Below, one piece after another: positions 22,501 through 45,600 of a DNA stretch of 64,000 bases. A program made the position numbers and the translations under genes. Numbering within the stretch: the stretch's first letter is position 1; each line of letters begins with the position of its first letter. The notes beneath the pieces were generated by a model. The model saw only the letters and a list, made by a program, of their open reading frames with translations. It had not been told where the DNA came from and did not search any database. The stretch is from Podarcis liolepis (taxonomy: Eukaryota): NCBI GenBank assembly GCA_965112155.1, contig OZ218098.1; one strand, 5' to 3'.

Positions 22501-24433
22501 CCTAGCTATAGGAGGCTGTTGTTACAGCCAAGGGACAATTGATAAGAGAGCGGGAAAATAACATTTAGAATCATTAATACAATTAAAGATTGATATATAC
22601 TAATTATTTCTAGTCTCTGCTGTGTGATGGTTTTTAATGAGGTAGTTCTAGCTTTCATATTGTTTTGTGCTGCTTTCAGATCTTAGCATTGAACTTTACT
22701 ATACTATTGTGCTTTTTAATCTTTTTATATTGACTTACTGTATGCCACCTGGAGTTTCAAGTAACCAATATAAAACACACACATTACCATGTATATTATA
22801 GCATTCCACACACAAACAAGGTGGAGGCTGAATATCTGAGTGTAGGTAAGAGTTCAAAGCAGAGATCTGATTTTCAGCATTGCTTAACTTGTCATCACAA
22901 GCAGCTCCAGATTTAGTAGTAAACATAACCTCATGTCATAGAAGACAGGTAGAAGCCTGTATGCGTGTAAGACTCAACACAGACAGTGATGTCAGGCTCA
23001 TGAAAACAGACATAGCTGCAGGATCTAATCAGAACCAGGTGTTTGCTCTTTGTCCTGTAGAGTAGACCACCCACATCAAGAGAGGGAGAAGTGAGAAGTC
23101 ACCTGTCTGAGATTTCTGTCAGAACTTTTCTGAGGTCCTCAAGATTTCCTTTGGTGGGGAAAAGTTTGCAGCCGTATTTGTATTGTGTGCCATAGGCGTA
23201 AGCATTAAATTTATCAGCTACAGGTCTTAATGGTCATCAACACTGGAATACAACCATTTTCGTTTTCTACCCTAGGAGCAGAAAAGGCTATTTTCCTCAG
23301 TGACATTCCTCCCAGTTGGGATTACTGGGAAATACACAATTACATGTGAAGGTTCTCAGGATTTCTCTGTTCCACCAAAAGCTGCTGTGAAAATGAAACA
23401 TGTGATTGTAATCTCTGTAGAATTTTTAGGTGCACTGCAGCATGTGTTCCTATAATATTGTTCCTAAATTGTTCCTATAATATTGAATCTATAATACTGC
23501 TGAATTTGCATGTTCACTACCTACATTTCCCCTCTCATGAAATAAGGGAACCCCTACATGAGAAATTGGCCTTATACCTTCACTTAAACATCAAATGATT
23601 AACTTAAAATAATGGCAGGATTCCTACCACCTCATTCAAATTTTGTAAGTTAAGATACCTTCTTTCTGTAGCAACACTTAAACCCAACAGCCGTAAACAG
23701 AGTATCTGGATTTTCTGATGCACGACAATGAACACAGAAACTTAGACGTGTAGAGTTGGGTCACGTAGTTCAACCACCTGCAATGCAGGAATCACATCAC
23801 TGATGTTTCTTGGGGCGGTTGTGAGCTAGCCCAGGACATTTTGTTGCATCAGGCAAATGACAAAATTGTGCCCTCTGCACCTCCCTTCCCCAATTCCACA
23901 TTCAGAAGCTGACTGGACTGGCAGTTAAATTGACTTGATTTTATCACCTTTAGCAGCAAGTCCTTCGCCCCATGTGCATTAAAACTCTCTTAAGAATGTG
24001 AAAAGAGGAAGAAGAAAAACCTAGATAAATATCCAAGAAATTTATTGAATATTTGCATGAGTACAGTCTGCGGAGGAATACTGGTTTAATTTCCAGAAAC
24101 CTCACTACCAGACATACTGAATGGTTGCTCATCTTGATTTGTTAGATATGAAGATAGTAAATACAACCTTTAGACAATGCCTGGTTTATTGTGGGGAAGG
24201 GAATTACATCTTCAGAGAGAAGCATCTTCCCTTTGAGGAAGTTAAGCAGCACTTTTGAAGCAGATAGCAGATGGTTTCTTGTCTCTTCAAAATTTGGTCT
24301 CATCAAAATTCGAAAATATTAAAGTCTTTTCTTGTGGAGTTTTCAATATCAAGACACCTTATCACTCAAAGGTGTTGTCACTGGCTGGTGTTTGTTTGTA
24401 TAACTGCAACCCTTTTCTTTAATCCCATGCAAT

Positions 24434-34565
<10,132 letters not shown>

Positions 34566-35248
34566 TTATATCGAGAGACAATTTATTAATTTGTAACAGC
34601 CCAAACCGAATCATGATATGGCGAACAGTAACATCTATTTAGACTGTTCTGGTACTGGAAAAATTTCCCATTTTCCTGCAGCTGGCAGAAAAAAGGAAAA
34701 CATACCAGACACGCATGTTTGCAGAACGCTGCTTAGAAACCTCCTTGTCACTCTCTGTGTTCTGGGCCGACATTATGGTCGCCGCAACAACTACATCGCT
34801 ATGAAACCCTCTCGTTTTTCTCCGTCCAGTTCCCCTGCGGACGGTTATTGACTAGTTCTCCTCCCGAAACACCAAACGTGGGGGCTGTGTGACAAAGCGC
34901 AACTTAAGGAGAGGCGTCGCGGCGGCGGTGGGGGACGGGGGACGGGACGGGTGTCCTTTTGTGACATAACCCGCACCTCACCGAGGGAGGCCTGTGTCCC
35001 AAGAGAAGCGCGGCCGGGAAGCCGATGCCTCACGTCGGAAGAGGCCCCGCGGTCCCCTCGCGCGGCAGCCAAGGAACGGGATGGGGAGACTCCGTCTCGG
35101 CCTGCCGGGCGCGCCCCGCGAGTATCCCGCATGGCGGAGGACACCCACCCACCCCCTCGCTCGCCGCGGCCGGGCGCCGGTCACAGAGCGGCCCTCCTCC
35201 CGCTCGTAGGCCGCCCCGGAGCGGCCGGCCCTCCTGCCGCTTGCTCAC

Positions 35249-35370
35249 CTGTCTCTTCCACAGGCCGCGCTCTCTGCGCTCCGGGCTGGGGTCTCGGCCG
35301 ACTGCTCGTATCCGCCTCTGGTCACAGCGTGTACCCCGCCTCAAAATGCGCAGCCGCCATCCCGCCTCTT
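35249..35370 (-). other. EIF2S1: EIF2S1 non-coding exon 1 (5' end approximate)
   Basis: CAG|GTGAGC donor at 35248 inside the CpG island, just downstream of ETS (CCGGAAG) and YY1-like (GATGGCGGC) motifs. The ATG exon has an acceptor only 1 nt upstream of the ATG, so an upstream exon is required. Confidence 0.65.
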
Positions 35371-36096
35371 CCGGAAGCATTTTCGGGAAAAGTAGCCGGA
35401 AGCATTTCTACCCAGCTGCTCCCATAAGTCTTTGGTTGCCCTGATAGACGGGAGGGCGGGAAGGAAAAGGCTCGCGCGACACGACCACCAAGCCTTATTA
35501 GCGCCTCCCGCCCGCAGCGGAATTCCTTCTCTGCACAGAGATAGAAAAGGGTAGAATGGTCACAACGGCTATTAGTATTGGGAAGACGAGGCAGAATACA
35601 AGGATTTCTCAGGTTGCAGTCAGACTTGTACATTTACCATAGTTAGAGGTGGAGCTGAGGTTCGTTTGGCTTTCCAACCCGCCCCCCGCCGCCAAAAAAA
35701 GAAATCGCATGCAAGGGTGCTGCGTATTTAAATATTTCAAAACTTAAAAAAGCAAATACATCTCTTTTTACTCAAGCTCTCCCTGCTGACCCATAATATT
35801 GGACGCTGTTTTATTTGAATCCTCTGAATCTTTTGCTTTTATACTGTTGCTTTAATGGTTTTAAGTTGTACTTTTGTTTTAATGGATCTTGGCTTGTGTC
35901 CAGTGCCTTTAAAAAAATACTTAAAAGCGGGGGAGGGGGGAATCGAAATTTTGCGCACAAAATAAGATCCGGTTGTGAAACTGCAGCAACTCCTGTTACT
36001 GCTGATATCGCAGCGGCTGATGTGTACACTGTGCAGCCACGGTTAAGCTCCGCTCGTGGAGGTCTCCGCACAGTCTCTCTTCTGCCCCAGGATACC

Positions 36097-36099
36097 AAA

Positions 36100-36130
<31 letters not shown>
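36097..36130. repeat. (AAAT)n microsatellite / retroelement tail
   Basis: About 8 tandem AAAT units. Confidence 0.9.
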
Positions 36131-36531
36131 GGAATTTGGACCGCCTGTGTGAGCCTAACGTACAACAACAAAGGCAAAGGGTAAATGGATTGTATCATTA
36201 AAAATCCAAGGGATGGAGCAGCGCCACAATGGGGAATTAGAGCATGTGGCGGATTTCCACTTCTGTTGAATCCGTTTCTCTGCGACGTACAGTCGGCGGG
36301 TCCTCCGCAGTTGCACTTATCTCGGAAGTCAGGGCTTTGGACCATAGAGTTTTTGCCAAAGCTCTCCTGTCTAGGATTCTGGCTCTATGCCTTTTGACGC
36401 GGTGCCCGCCGGGCTACGCGCCCAGACGAGCCGAGGAGGAGGTGCCTCCTCGGTGACGGGCGGCGTGGGGGGCGGGGCTTCGTGGTTGGAAGCGGAACTG
36501 GAGGCCGCGGTGCCCTTGGTAACCAAGAGGA

Positions 36532-36541
36532 GTCACGTGAC
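36532..36541 (+). promoter_or_regulatory. CLEAR / E-box palindrome GTCACGTGAC (MiT/TFE or USF site)
   Basis: Exact 10-bp CLEAR consensus about 85 nt upstream of the ATP6V1D ATG. Confidence 0.7.
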
Positions 36542-36624
36542 AGGAGCGGGAGCCCAGCTGAGAGAAGGAAGCGAAGGAGCCAGCGGCGTCTCCCGAGCAA
36601 TCTCCGCCGACCACCCCGGGCAAG

Positions 36625-36665
36625 ATGTCAGGCAAAGACAGGATCGAGGTTTTCCCTTCGCGGAT
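36625..36665 (+). CDS. ATP6V1D: ATP6V1D exon 1, coding part
   Basis: [14 protein letters not shown]; GTGAGT donor. Confidence 0.95.
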
Positions 36666-39600
36666 GTGAGTGGCCTTCCTGGTCCTTTCGGGGCCTCCCT
36701 TGGGCGGTGGGGGGTGCCGGTCAGTTCCTTCCCTGCGGCCCCACAGCCGGACACTGTGCGCTGGGGGGGGGGGTGTTGAGCTCTCAAATTCAAGCTGCCA
36801 CGGATCAGCCACAACACCCTTTAGCCGCCGTCACGCGGGTGCATTTTCTCACCCTTGTAATTCCCAATGGAAGGGTGCGATCCGTTTTCAGCGGCCTTAA
36901 GAGCCCAATAGAATGGTAGCTATTTTGGATTGCTTCAATTCGCGTTGAATTTGGAGAGCGCTTTGGGGTGCAGAATTTGATACTCGTCAAATTCTGTTTC
37001 GAATCCCATAACTATCACCAATGTATTGATTGGCGTTGGTTAAATTTACAAGGGGTTGTGGGAGGAATGCGTTGGAATAAAAAGGTGATGTTACCTGTCA
37101 TGTAAGTGTCTCTCCCCCCACCCCCCCCATTCAGACAAGTCAGGCTTGTAGGCTTAAAAAATGGGGAAGTGAAATGTGAGTTGTTTCCAGGTCAAAATGG
37201 CAAATGCTTTGTCATATGGTCAGATGTCTTTGACAATTATGGAACAAGGTTGTCATTTTATCTGACTATGCAATGCTTGAAATGTCTCCTATTATTAATA
37301 ATATGTTTGTATTAGAGACACTTTTTACTAGTCAGAGGATGATAGGAAGGGGCAGTACTAAAGGGGAAAAAAGAGGAAAGTGAAGCCTCAAAATGATGCT
37401 CAAAAGTAGAAAGCTTATTCTAGTACATAAGATTGCAACCTTAGTAATTTCAAAATAGAAACTTCTTAATAACAAACAACTGTGTTCAGCTTTCAAACTG
37501 AATTTTGAGAGGGAGAACTGAGTTTCCTTATGAGCACTCATATTTTGAAGGCTGTAAGTCTTCTGTTTCTTTTAAGTGCCATAAAATTAATTGTACTTCT
37601 AGCGCCTAGCTTGGCAGTTTCTCATTTTCGCACATTTCCATACTGTTGTGTTAACTTGGAAGTCCCACTGATTTCAGTGGAATTTTCTCTAGGCAGCTAT
37701 GCATTAAATTTCACCCTTGCAGTACAATCATATGCAGAGTTTTTATTATGAGTATAGATTCCTGCTCCTTACATAGATCAGCCATATTTCCAGTATGTTT
37801 GCTGAATCTGGCATGGCATTCTTGATAGTAAACAGAGGCATGTTTAGTATCCACACACAGTTTTGCTGAATCTTGTTCCAACTAGTAAATGAGTTAGTCT
37901 GACATAGAGAGGCAGTGGTGCAAGCCAGTCAGTGCAGGAATACAGACACCAGACCTTCCCTTCATTTAAAGAAGTTCCAGTTCTCTTCCTCAAGTTGTTT
38001 TCCAGCTTAGGCGGTTCCTGGGAGACATATTATAAACTCTCTAAGGAATTACCATGAAATCTCCTTATTCAATATTTCTAGTACTGCCCAAAATTAGTTT
38101 GTTGTTATGTTTCCAATTACTTTTCCTTGGAGATCATGGGAATCATGGGTGGACACAGCAATTACTGAACAGGCAAAAACCATTGAATTCAGGCAAATCC
38201 ATAGAGTGAGCACAGACCGTTGTTTACTGTGTGGCAGCTGCTTGCTACCATTCTTTGAGATAATTGCAAGCATGTAGAAAGCAAGTTGTGTCTAGCCATT
38301 AGGTGAAGCCAATGTTATTGCTTCTTGCTACGATTATAAAAGTGAGGCAAGGGCCTGCAGTGGTTGTCTCATTATGTGCCAGTTTTCAAATATCCACCAT
38401 TTGTCATAGGATTGCCTCTGTCCATGCTGCTGTTCATACATTACCAGGTAGCTCCCTTTTCTAACCTGGAACTTCATATTGAGAAAAGTAGTATGTGATG
38501 TGATTTGGTTTGTGTTGAATGGTAGAAGAGACAGCTCATAATGCAAAACAAATTATTGAGTTTCCAGTAAGGAACTTAGCTTATGATATGGTTTCGATAT
38601 TTCTAAAAGTGAAAATTCGGACACAAAGGTTGCTGATCTTCTTTTGGCAGAGTGAACGAATTCTAAAGTTCTCTTGTCAGCACTTCCATAGCAGCCTCCC
38701 CATAAATCTGGAGTTTGTCATCTTTGTTTATTTGGTATGGGGATGCAAACGTGTTTAGAATTGCAGCCTAAAGGTTATAAGCTTATTTCTTCTCCTTCTT
38801 CTCCTTCGGCAATCACTCATAGCCAAGTAAGATTGTCTTCCATGAACACAGTCTTAACAGTGAGTCCATAAGTGACTGTGGAGGCCAGTTCTGGATCCAC
38901 AAGGCCTTCTACAGTGGAGACATAGGTTTCCGGGCAGGAGTTGATTGTGGTGAGGGTTTGCCAAGCATGCCTTCCTCTTAGCTCGTTTCTCCCTTTCGTC
39001 CTGAGTTCGAGCATCTTCAAAGTCCATGACACCTTTGGTAAAGGCTGTTCTCCAATTGGACACTCGTAGGCCAGTGTTCCCCAGTTATTGGTGTTTATAC
39101 TACATTTTTTAAAGATTTGCCTTGAGAGATTCTTTAAACCTCTTTTATGATGTACCCTTCAGTGCACAGTAGGTATTATTACAGAGTAAACAAGCATAGG
39201 ATTAGACTGTCAGACATGTGTTGTAAGTGTATGTTCAAGTTATGTGAGCCAAATAATATTTCCTCTTGTTTTTAGGAATGTGCCTTTTCAGGAACAATCT
39301 TCTCTTTCTCCCAGATCATCTCCAGTGACAAGATCAAAAGTATTTATCACTTTTTTGAATTTGACAGGGCTCAGACCATCATGAAGGCCCGTTTGAAAGG
39401 AGCCCAGACAGGTCGCAACCTTTTGAAGAAGAAATCTGATGCTCTAACTATGAGATTCCGGCAGATTCTTAAAAAAATTATTGAGGTAGGGTGTTTTAAT
39501 GTACTGAATTTACCTGTGAAATAAAGCTAAAGAATTTCCAATGTACGAACCATTATAATAGCAGGAATGAGTTTTGCTCTTTTTAAAACAAGAACAAAAC

Positions 39601-42600
39601 AGGCCCATTCCAGACTTAACTCTCAATTGTAACCTGTATATTGGTTTCAGAAAATGTCCTTTTTTTTTGGGTTGTGTTTGCAGACAAAGATGTTGATGGG
39701 TGAGGTGATGAGAGAAGCAGCCTTTTCTCTTGCTGAGGCAAAGTTCACAGCTGGAGACTTCAGGTAAACCTCACAAATGGGTGTAGTTGAGGGAACTTCT
39801 GTGTGAGACATTTGGCCTTCCTCAAGAGGTGAACCATTCCTTTCTGTTTATGGGGGAGATTGGGAGGAAAATGAAAATTCTGCAGCAGATCCTTTAAGAG
39901 GAAAAGGTAGAAAGCAAAGCCCATAGGAAATTAAATATATTTCCAGAGTGTCTGCAAAGATAAACGAGCAGAAGAAAAATATGAGGGCAGGAAATAACAC
40001 TAAAGTTGTGATAGACTCCACAGTGTTCTAAATATTACTACCTACCTTCATATTTTAGCTTCTTCTAGTTGACAAATGACTCCTTGAGTTTCTGTGACTT
40101 TGTGTTCCAGTAGCAGTCATCGATTACTCTTTAAAACAAATTACCACTGCATTGCCCACAGCGCATCAGAGCATGTTTTGAAGACTGATCAGCATGGTTT
40201 GCTGTGATCACTGCTTTGAACATTATAAAAATGGCAGTTCACTAATCATGATTTCAGAAACGTTTTAGGAATAAATTGTAGGAATGTTTTAAAATGCGAC
40301 GTCCCATTTCACAGGCATAAAACATTTCTGTTATCACATTTATGAATAAGAAAAACAGCAGTGCATTTTTATTGGCTCAAGAGCTGGAACCTTTAATTCA
40401 GCTTAGTACTGTATTTGGGGGGAAACAGAACCTCTAGTACTTTTCTGCTTTATAGGATACCATGATGTTGTGTTATGTATACACTGTCCTGGGTTTAAGC
40501 CTCACAAGTGAGACTTGCTCTGAGAAAACATACATGGAATTGTGCAGCAGGTGCTAGGACCAGGTTTTACATTTCTATGTATGCTGCTGTGTTCGCATTA
40601 AACATACTTCATGAAAACTAAGAAAATATACTGGCAATTGCTTCCTCAAATCCGTTGAATACGTACTGATACATATTTGTTTCTGCAGTACAACTGTGAT
40701 TCAGAATGTGAACAAAGCTCAGGTCAAGATCAGAGCTAAGAAAGACAATGTAGCAGGTGTGTATCTTTATGCTACGCATGTTATAATTATTTTAAATTCT
40801 ATTTATTTAATTATTTAAGTCACGGAGAAACTACCACATTGTTCAGTGAGGCTTATAGTAGAATCAAATAGTTGGAGTGGACTTTGAAGGTTATCGAGGT
40901 CCAATTCCTGTTCAATGCAGAATCTAATAGATTGCTAGCCAGCCACTCTTTAAATGCCTCCAGCACTGGAGAGCCCACCACTTCCCAAGGCTGTCTGTGA
41001 TACTGTTGAAACAGGAGGAAGCTTCTAAAGTTTATCCAAAATCTGCTTCTCCGCCATTTTCACTTGTTTGTTCTAGATTTGGAGCAATAGATAATAATTG
41101 TTCTATATTCTGTGAGAGCCCTTCATATATTTGAAGCCTGTCATGTCTCCCCTTAAATACTTTTTCTTAAGCCTAAATATACCCAGCTCTTTCAGCTGTT
41201 GCTCATAGGTTTCCTGACTTTTCACACTACTGCTGGCCCTGCTCTGGGCGCACTTCAGTCATCAGTGTTTTTATTAAAATGTGGCTCATTTTATAAACTG
41301 AGCTTCAGAGGATGTGTTCTGCTTCATTTATGCCATCATTTCTCATGACATCTGAACTTGGAAACTGTGATTTAAGTGCTCCCTATAAACCAGAATCAAA
41401 TTGGCTTTAGGTCCCAAAGGGTGTGGTCATGAGCGTTATGAGGACAAGATGGAAGCCAGAATAGAAATTAGGAAGTGGAATTCATTAATTGCACAAACTG
41501 CTGTGTATCTTTTACAGGTGTGACCCTGCCGGTTTTTGAACATTACCAAGAAGGAGGAGACAGTAAGAAGTGATTTTTCTTTTCTTTTCCTTATCTCAAG
41601 AGGTTTTGATGTGATCTTAGCTTTAATATGCCATGTTTGAGACCCTTGAAAACTGTGTCTTCTGTAACTGGCCTGTAGTATAATATAATAGCAATGGTTA
41701 TGTGGACTATTTACAGCTTCTCTGTAAATGTTTAGGGGAGAATTTAACATTGCACTCTTCTGATCATTCTGTCAAGTGCAAGTATTTCTGCTTGCCTGAT
41801 GAAATGATCCCCCTCTTTGCCCCTGTGTGCTGTTCTGAGGGTTCTCCCTGCCTTCCATGGCAGATTTTTTTTTGCGGGGGGGGGGGGAGTCCCTTTACAC
41901 TAGCAGGAGCCCTTGCACCGACTTCCGCTAGTACTCTGGGACTAGCCCTCAATTTTTAAAAAACCATGGGTTGCTTTTAGAGGAGAGGTTAACATGTGAA
42001 AGACCACAGGGTGTGGTGTCTTTTAAAATGCAATCCTGAGCTTTGGGAAGTTATGGAAACTCATGCTATTTACTTTAGTAGCGTCAAGATTGCATTCTTT
42101 GGGCAATATCACTTGTGCGATGGGACTTCCCCTTCCTTTTGCAGTCCTACCTCCACCCCACTCCTAAATTTGTTCTGGAGGGTTCTCCAACCCTCTGGAT
42201 CAGACTTTGAGGGTACAGGGATTGGAGAGGAAGGGGAAATTCTATCACACTGGTGGAAACCCATTCTGCAAGTGTCCTCCTGACACCATCAGATATATTC
42301 CTTTACAACTATTTGCATTTTCCATATTAGAAGTGGAAGCTGAGATGAGTGGCTTTGCAGCTGTCTCATGCTTGGAACCATCCTCCACCCCACAGTAAAT
42401 ATTCTGATGGTTTAGTTTTCTGTTTGGTGGTTGATTTTTCGTTGCTGCTAAATGTTCCGGGTGAATTCTTTCAGGTTATGAGCTGACTGGTTTAGCCAGA
42501 GGTGGAGAGCAGCTGGCCAAACTGAAAAGGAACTATGCCAAAGCAGTAGAACTCCTTGTGGAATTGGCCTCTCTGCAGGTAGGTGGAGAAAGAAAACTAT

Positions 42601-45600
42601 TAAAAGGACCTCTGGTATGGCTGTATATATAATAATTCTTTGTGAGGTCTTTTTAAAGTATCTGCTTTCTTTTCTAATTGATCATCCGTAGTTGTTTCTA
42701 AGATATACTTTGAGGACAAGAGGAACTGCATATTGTGCTCTGACCTGAAGTCGGGGGTGCATGGTGGTGGCCAGGGAGTGGTTTTGGGGTAGGTGTAGCT
42801 ATATGACTTTCGTTTAAGGGAAAATTAGATTGCAGCCTTTGGACTTGGCTTCCAAAACACTGATGAGCTGACAGTTGCACAGAATCCCACCTTGTTGCAA
42901 TAAGTTTGTGCTATTCTCTCAACTTCTTTGAAAGGAGCACACAGCTGGGTCTTTTTGTTGAGTTGCTGAATCTGAATTATCAGCCTGGTAGAACTTTGTG
43001 TGCTCACTTTTGTGTGCGCTTGTGGATGTACACATTGTACAATAGCCCCTTCCCTTTGCCACTAACAGTATATAGGCTATAGTTTGCTGTGCAAGAATTA
43101 GCAACACCCCCCGTTTTCCACCTTACAAATTAACACTAGAATGTGGGTAAATCAGCACTAGGAGTGCGGGCAGCCTGTTTTTATTTTGCCATCTCCTAAT
43201 GGTAGGCTGGTGCAAACAACAACAACAACAACAACAACAACAAAAACAAAACAAACACAAAACACAAAAACAACTGCTAGTAAGTTTGGAAGACTGAGCT
43301 GTCAATAAATACTCTATTTAGGGAAACTTGCATGTGAAATACCAAGTGAGTGACCAAGCCTGCATGATGCCAGATCAATTTATCTTTCTTAGCAATAAAA
43401 GTCCCATATATTTGCTGACATGTCTCTGCTCAGGGTTGAGGTACAAAGAGCTAGTGCATCATGCTTTTTTCGCACAAATATCTAATTTTCTACTCATTCT
43501 TTCCCCTTTCTATAGACTTCGTTTGTTACACTAGATGAAGCCATCAAGATAACCAATAGGCGTGTGAATGCTATTGAGCATGGTGAGTCAAAGTTAACTT
43601 AAGTTGCTCAGCCTGATACCTTCCAGATGTTTTGGACTACAACTGTTGGGGATGATGGGAGTTGAAGTCCAAAACATCAGTGTGTTCTAACTATGGTGAA
43701 TGAGCTGGTTTGCATAACAGGGCGAGCAATATGTGGGCTCTCAGATTGCAGCTGCTTTGCTCCTCCTCAGTCCATTTGGCTTAGGGTCTCATCTGAACCA
43801 GGTCCAAATGGAGAGCATAACCAAAAAAATACTGCCCACCATAAATTGGGTAGTAAATGAAGCTTCCTAATATGCATCCTAATACCATGATGTGATTCAG
43901 AGCTGTGCTGATGGATGGCTTTTCCAAGGCCCCATTTCATAGTACTATCTTGGAAGAGGTCAGAATCTAGAAGAACCATCTCTCCAAGATGACCCTTTCC
44001 CCCCACAACCACTATGTTTGTGGCCCCTGGAACACCACATCACTGTGAAGCCTTTTTCCTTTTGCTCTGTCACACTCTGACCATCCTGTGTAGTGCTTAA
44101 ATTACTGTGCCATACAACGAACTATGCATCTAACTCAGGGGTTGACAACCTGGGCACCCCTTGGCAGGAGATCAGACTATACACATATCTATGTATGTTC
44201 AAAAACCATAGATGGCAATCACCAGAATAACTTTTGCATGGCTGCCCTCCTTGTATTTATAGAATCATACTTACTAATAGCAATTTCTTTTTATAGTGAT
44301 TATTCCCAGGATTGAACGTACACTCTCTTATATCATAACTGAGTTGGATGAGCGAGAGCGAGAGGAGTTTTACAGGTGAGTGACTTGGCCATCCAAAAAT
44401 AGGAAATTATGAATCTGGAAAATATTGTTGGTATTGTGCAGATATTAAGTAAGAAAAATATGTCTAAGACCTTCAGCCTAAGTCATTATGCCAGTCTGGT
44501 TATTCAGAGCTTGGAGTTGCTTCAGGAAAGTTTGCTTTAGCAGGAGGCTCTGCTGATTATTGTTGTTGTGGACCACTTCAAAAACACTTGTTGGGAAGAG
44601 GTTTATAAACCCTTAAATGAAGAACATTTGTATATTTTTTTAAAGTACATATATTGGTGGCATTTCTTCTCCCGAGCACTTCCCTTTGAGTATCCTCAGG
44701 AACAGAATTATGTGGAGAAATAAAAATGTAAACTGAGTTGCATATGGGTATAGCCAATGGCTGCTGACACCATTTTCCAGAATCACAGTTGCACTTTTTT
44801 TGCCCTCTGTGATCTTGGGAATCGCTGCTAAGCACTGCAAGTGGAATTAAAATAGCTGCCCTGGGATGGAGTCTTTTGAGCCCACAAATGCCTCTGTTAA
44901 CCAGAGAGGAGGGAATTTTTGCACACTCAACGTTTTTCTTGCAGCTCCACCAGTTTTCATCCTCATTTTGTAAGGTCTCCCAATTCTGTGGAGTCTATTG
45001 GGGTGGGAACCTGCAGTGAGGAAGAGTTAGCAAAAATGGCCTCCCCCTTCTTGGATTCCACTCTGTACGAGTGTGCAACCTAGTTCATACTGATCCCCCA
45101 ACAGTCCTTGCTAACCTGATGTCCTCCAGATATTTTAGACTACATCTCCTATCAACCCACAGACAAGTTGGCTGGGACTAATGGAAGTTGTACTCCAAAA
45201 GATCTGGAGGACACCAGGTAGTTCCTTTTCTCACCCCTGCTCTAAGCAATAACCTCACTTTTTCTAGGAAGAAATTCAATTTTTAAATAATTGTGCCAAA
45301 AGAAAGCAGGTGTTTAGGGCTGCAAACAACTTTCAAAGCTACAATGGAAAGTACACCTCCACCTCCAAATGTTGGTACATTTTGCCCTTAAATTTTCAGC
45401 TAAGTTCCACCGAATTGATGGCCCATTACTGTCAACTATTTGAAACAAACAAACAAACAAAAATCCTTCCAGTAGCACCTTAGAGACCAGCTAAGTATGT
45501 TATTGGTATGAGCTTTCGTGTGCATGCACACTTATCTGAAGAAGTGTGCATGCACACGAAAGCTCATACCAATAACAAACTTTTGTTTCGACTACGGCAG

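Larger units (their letters stand above)
34840..36900. promoter_or_regulatory. CpG island / bidirectional promoter of EIF2S1 and ATP6V1D
   Basis: Two CpG-dense GC-rich lobes (~34900-35520 and ~36280-36880) between divergent housekeeping genes; GC boxes and ETS motifs (CTTCCGGAAG ~35368-35377). Confidence 0.85.

Noticed and set aside
34845-35633. Several 100-158 aa ORFs on both strands
   Set aside because: Pro/Arg/Ala/Gly-rich products expected from stop-poor CpG-island DNA; no recognisable domain.
36385-36919. Overlapping 90-145 aa ORFs around ATP6V1D exon 1
   Set aside because: GC-content artefacts; only the 41-nt ATP6V1D coding segment is supported.
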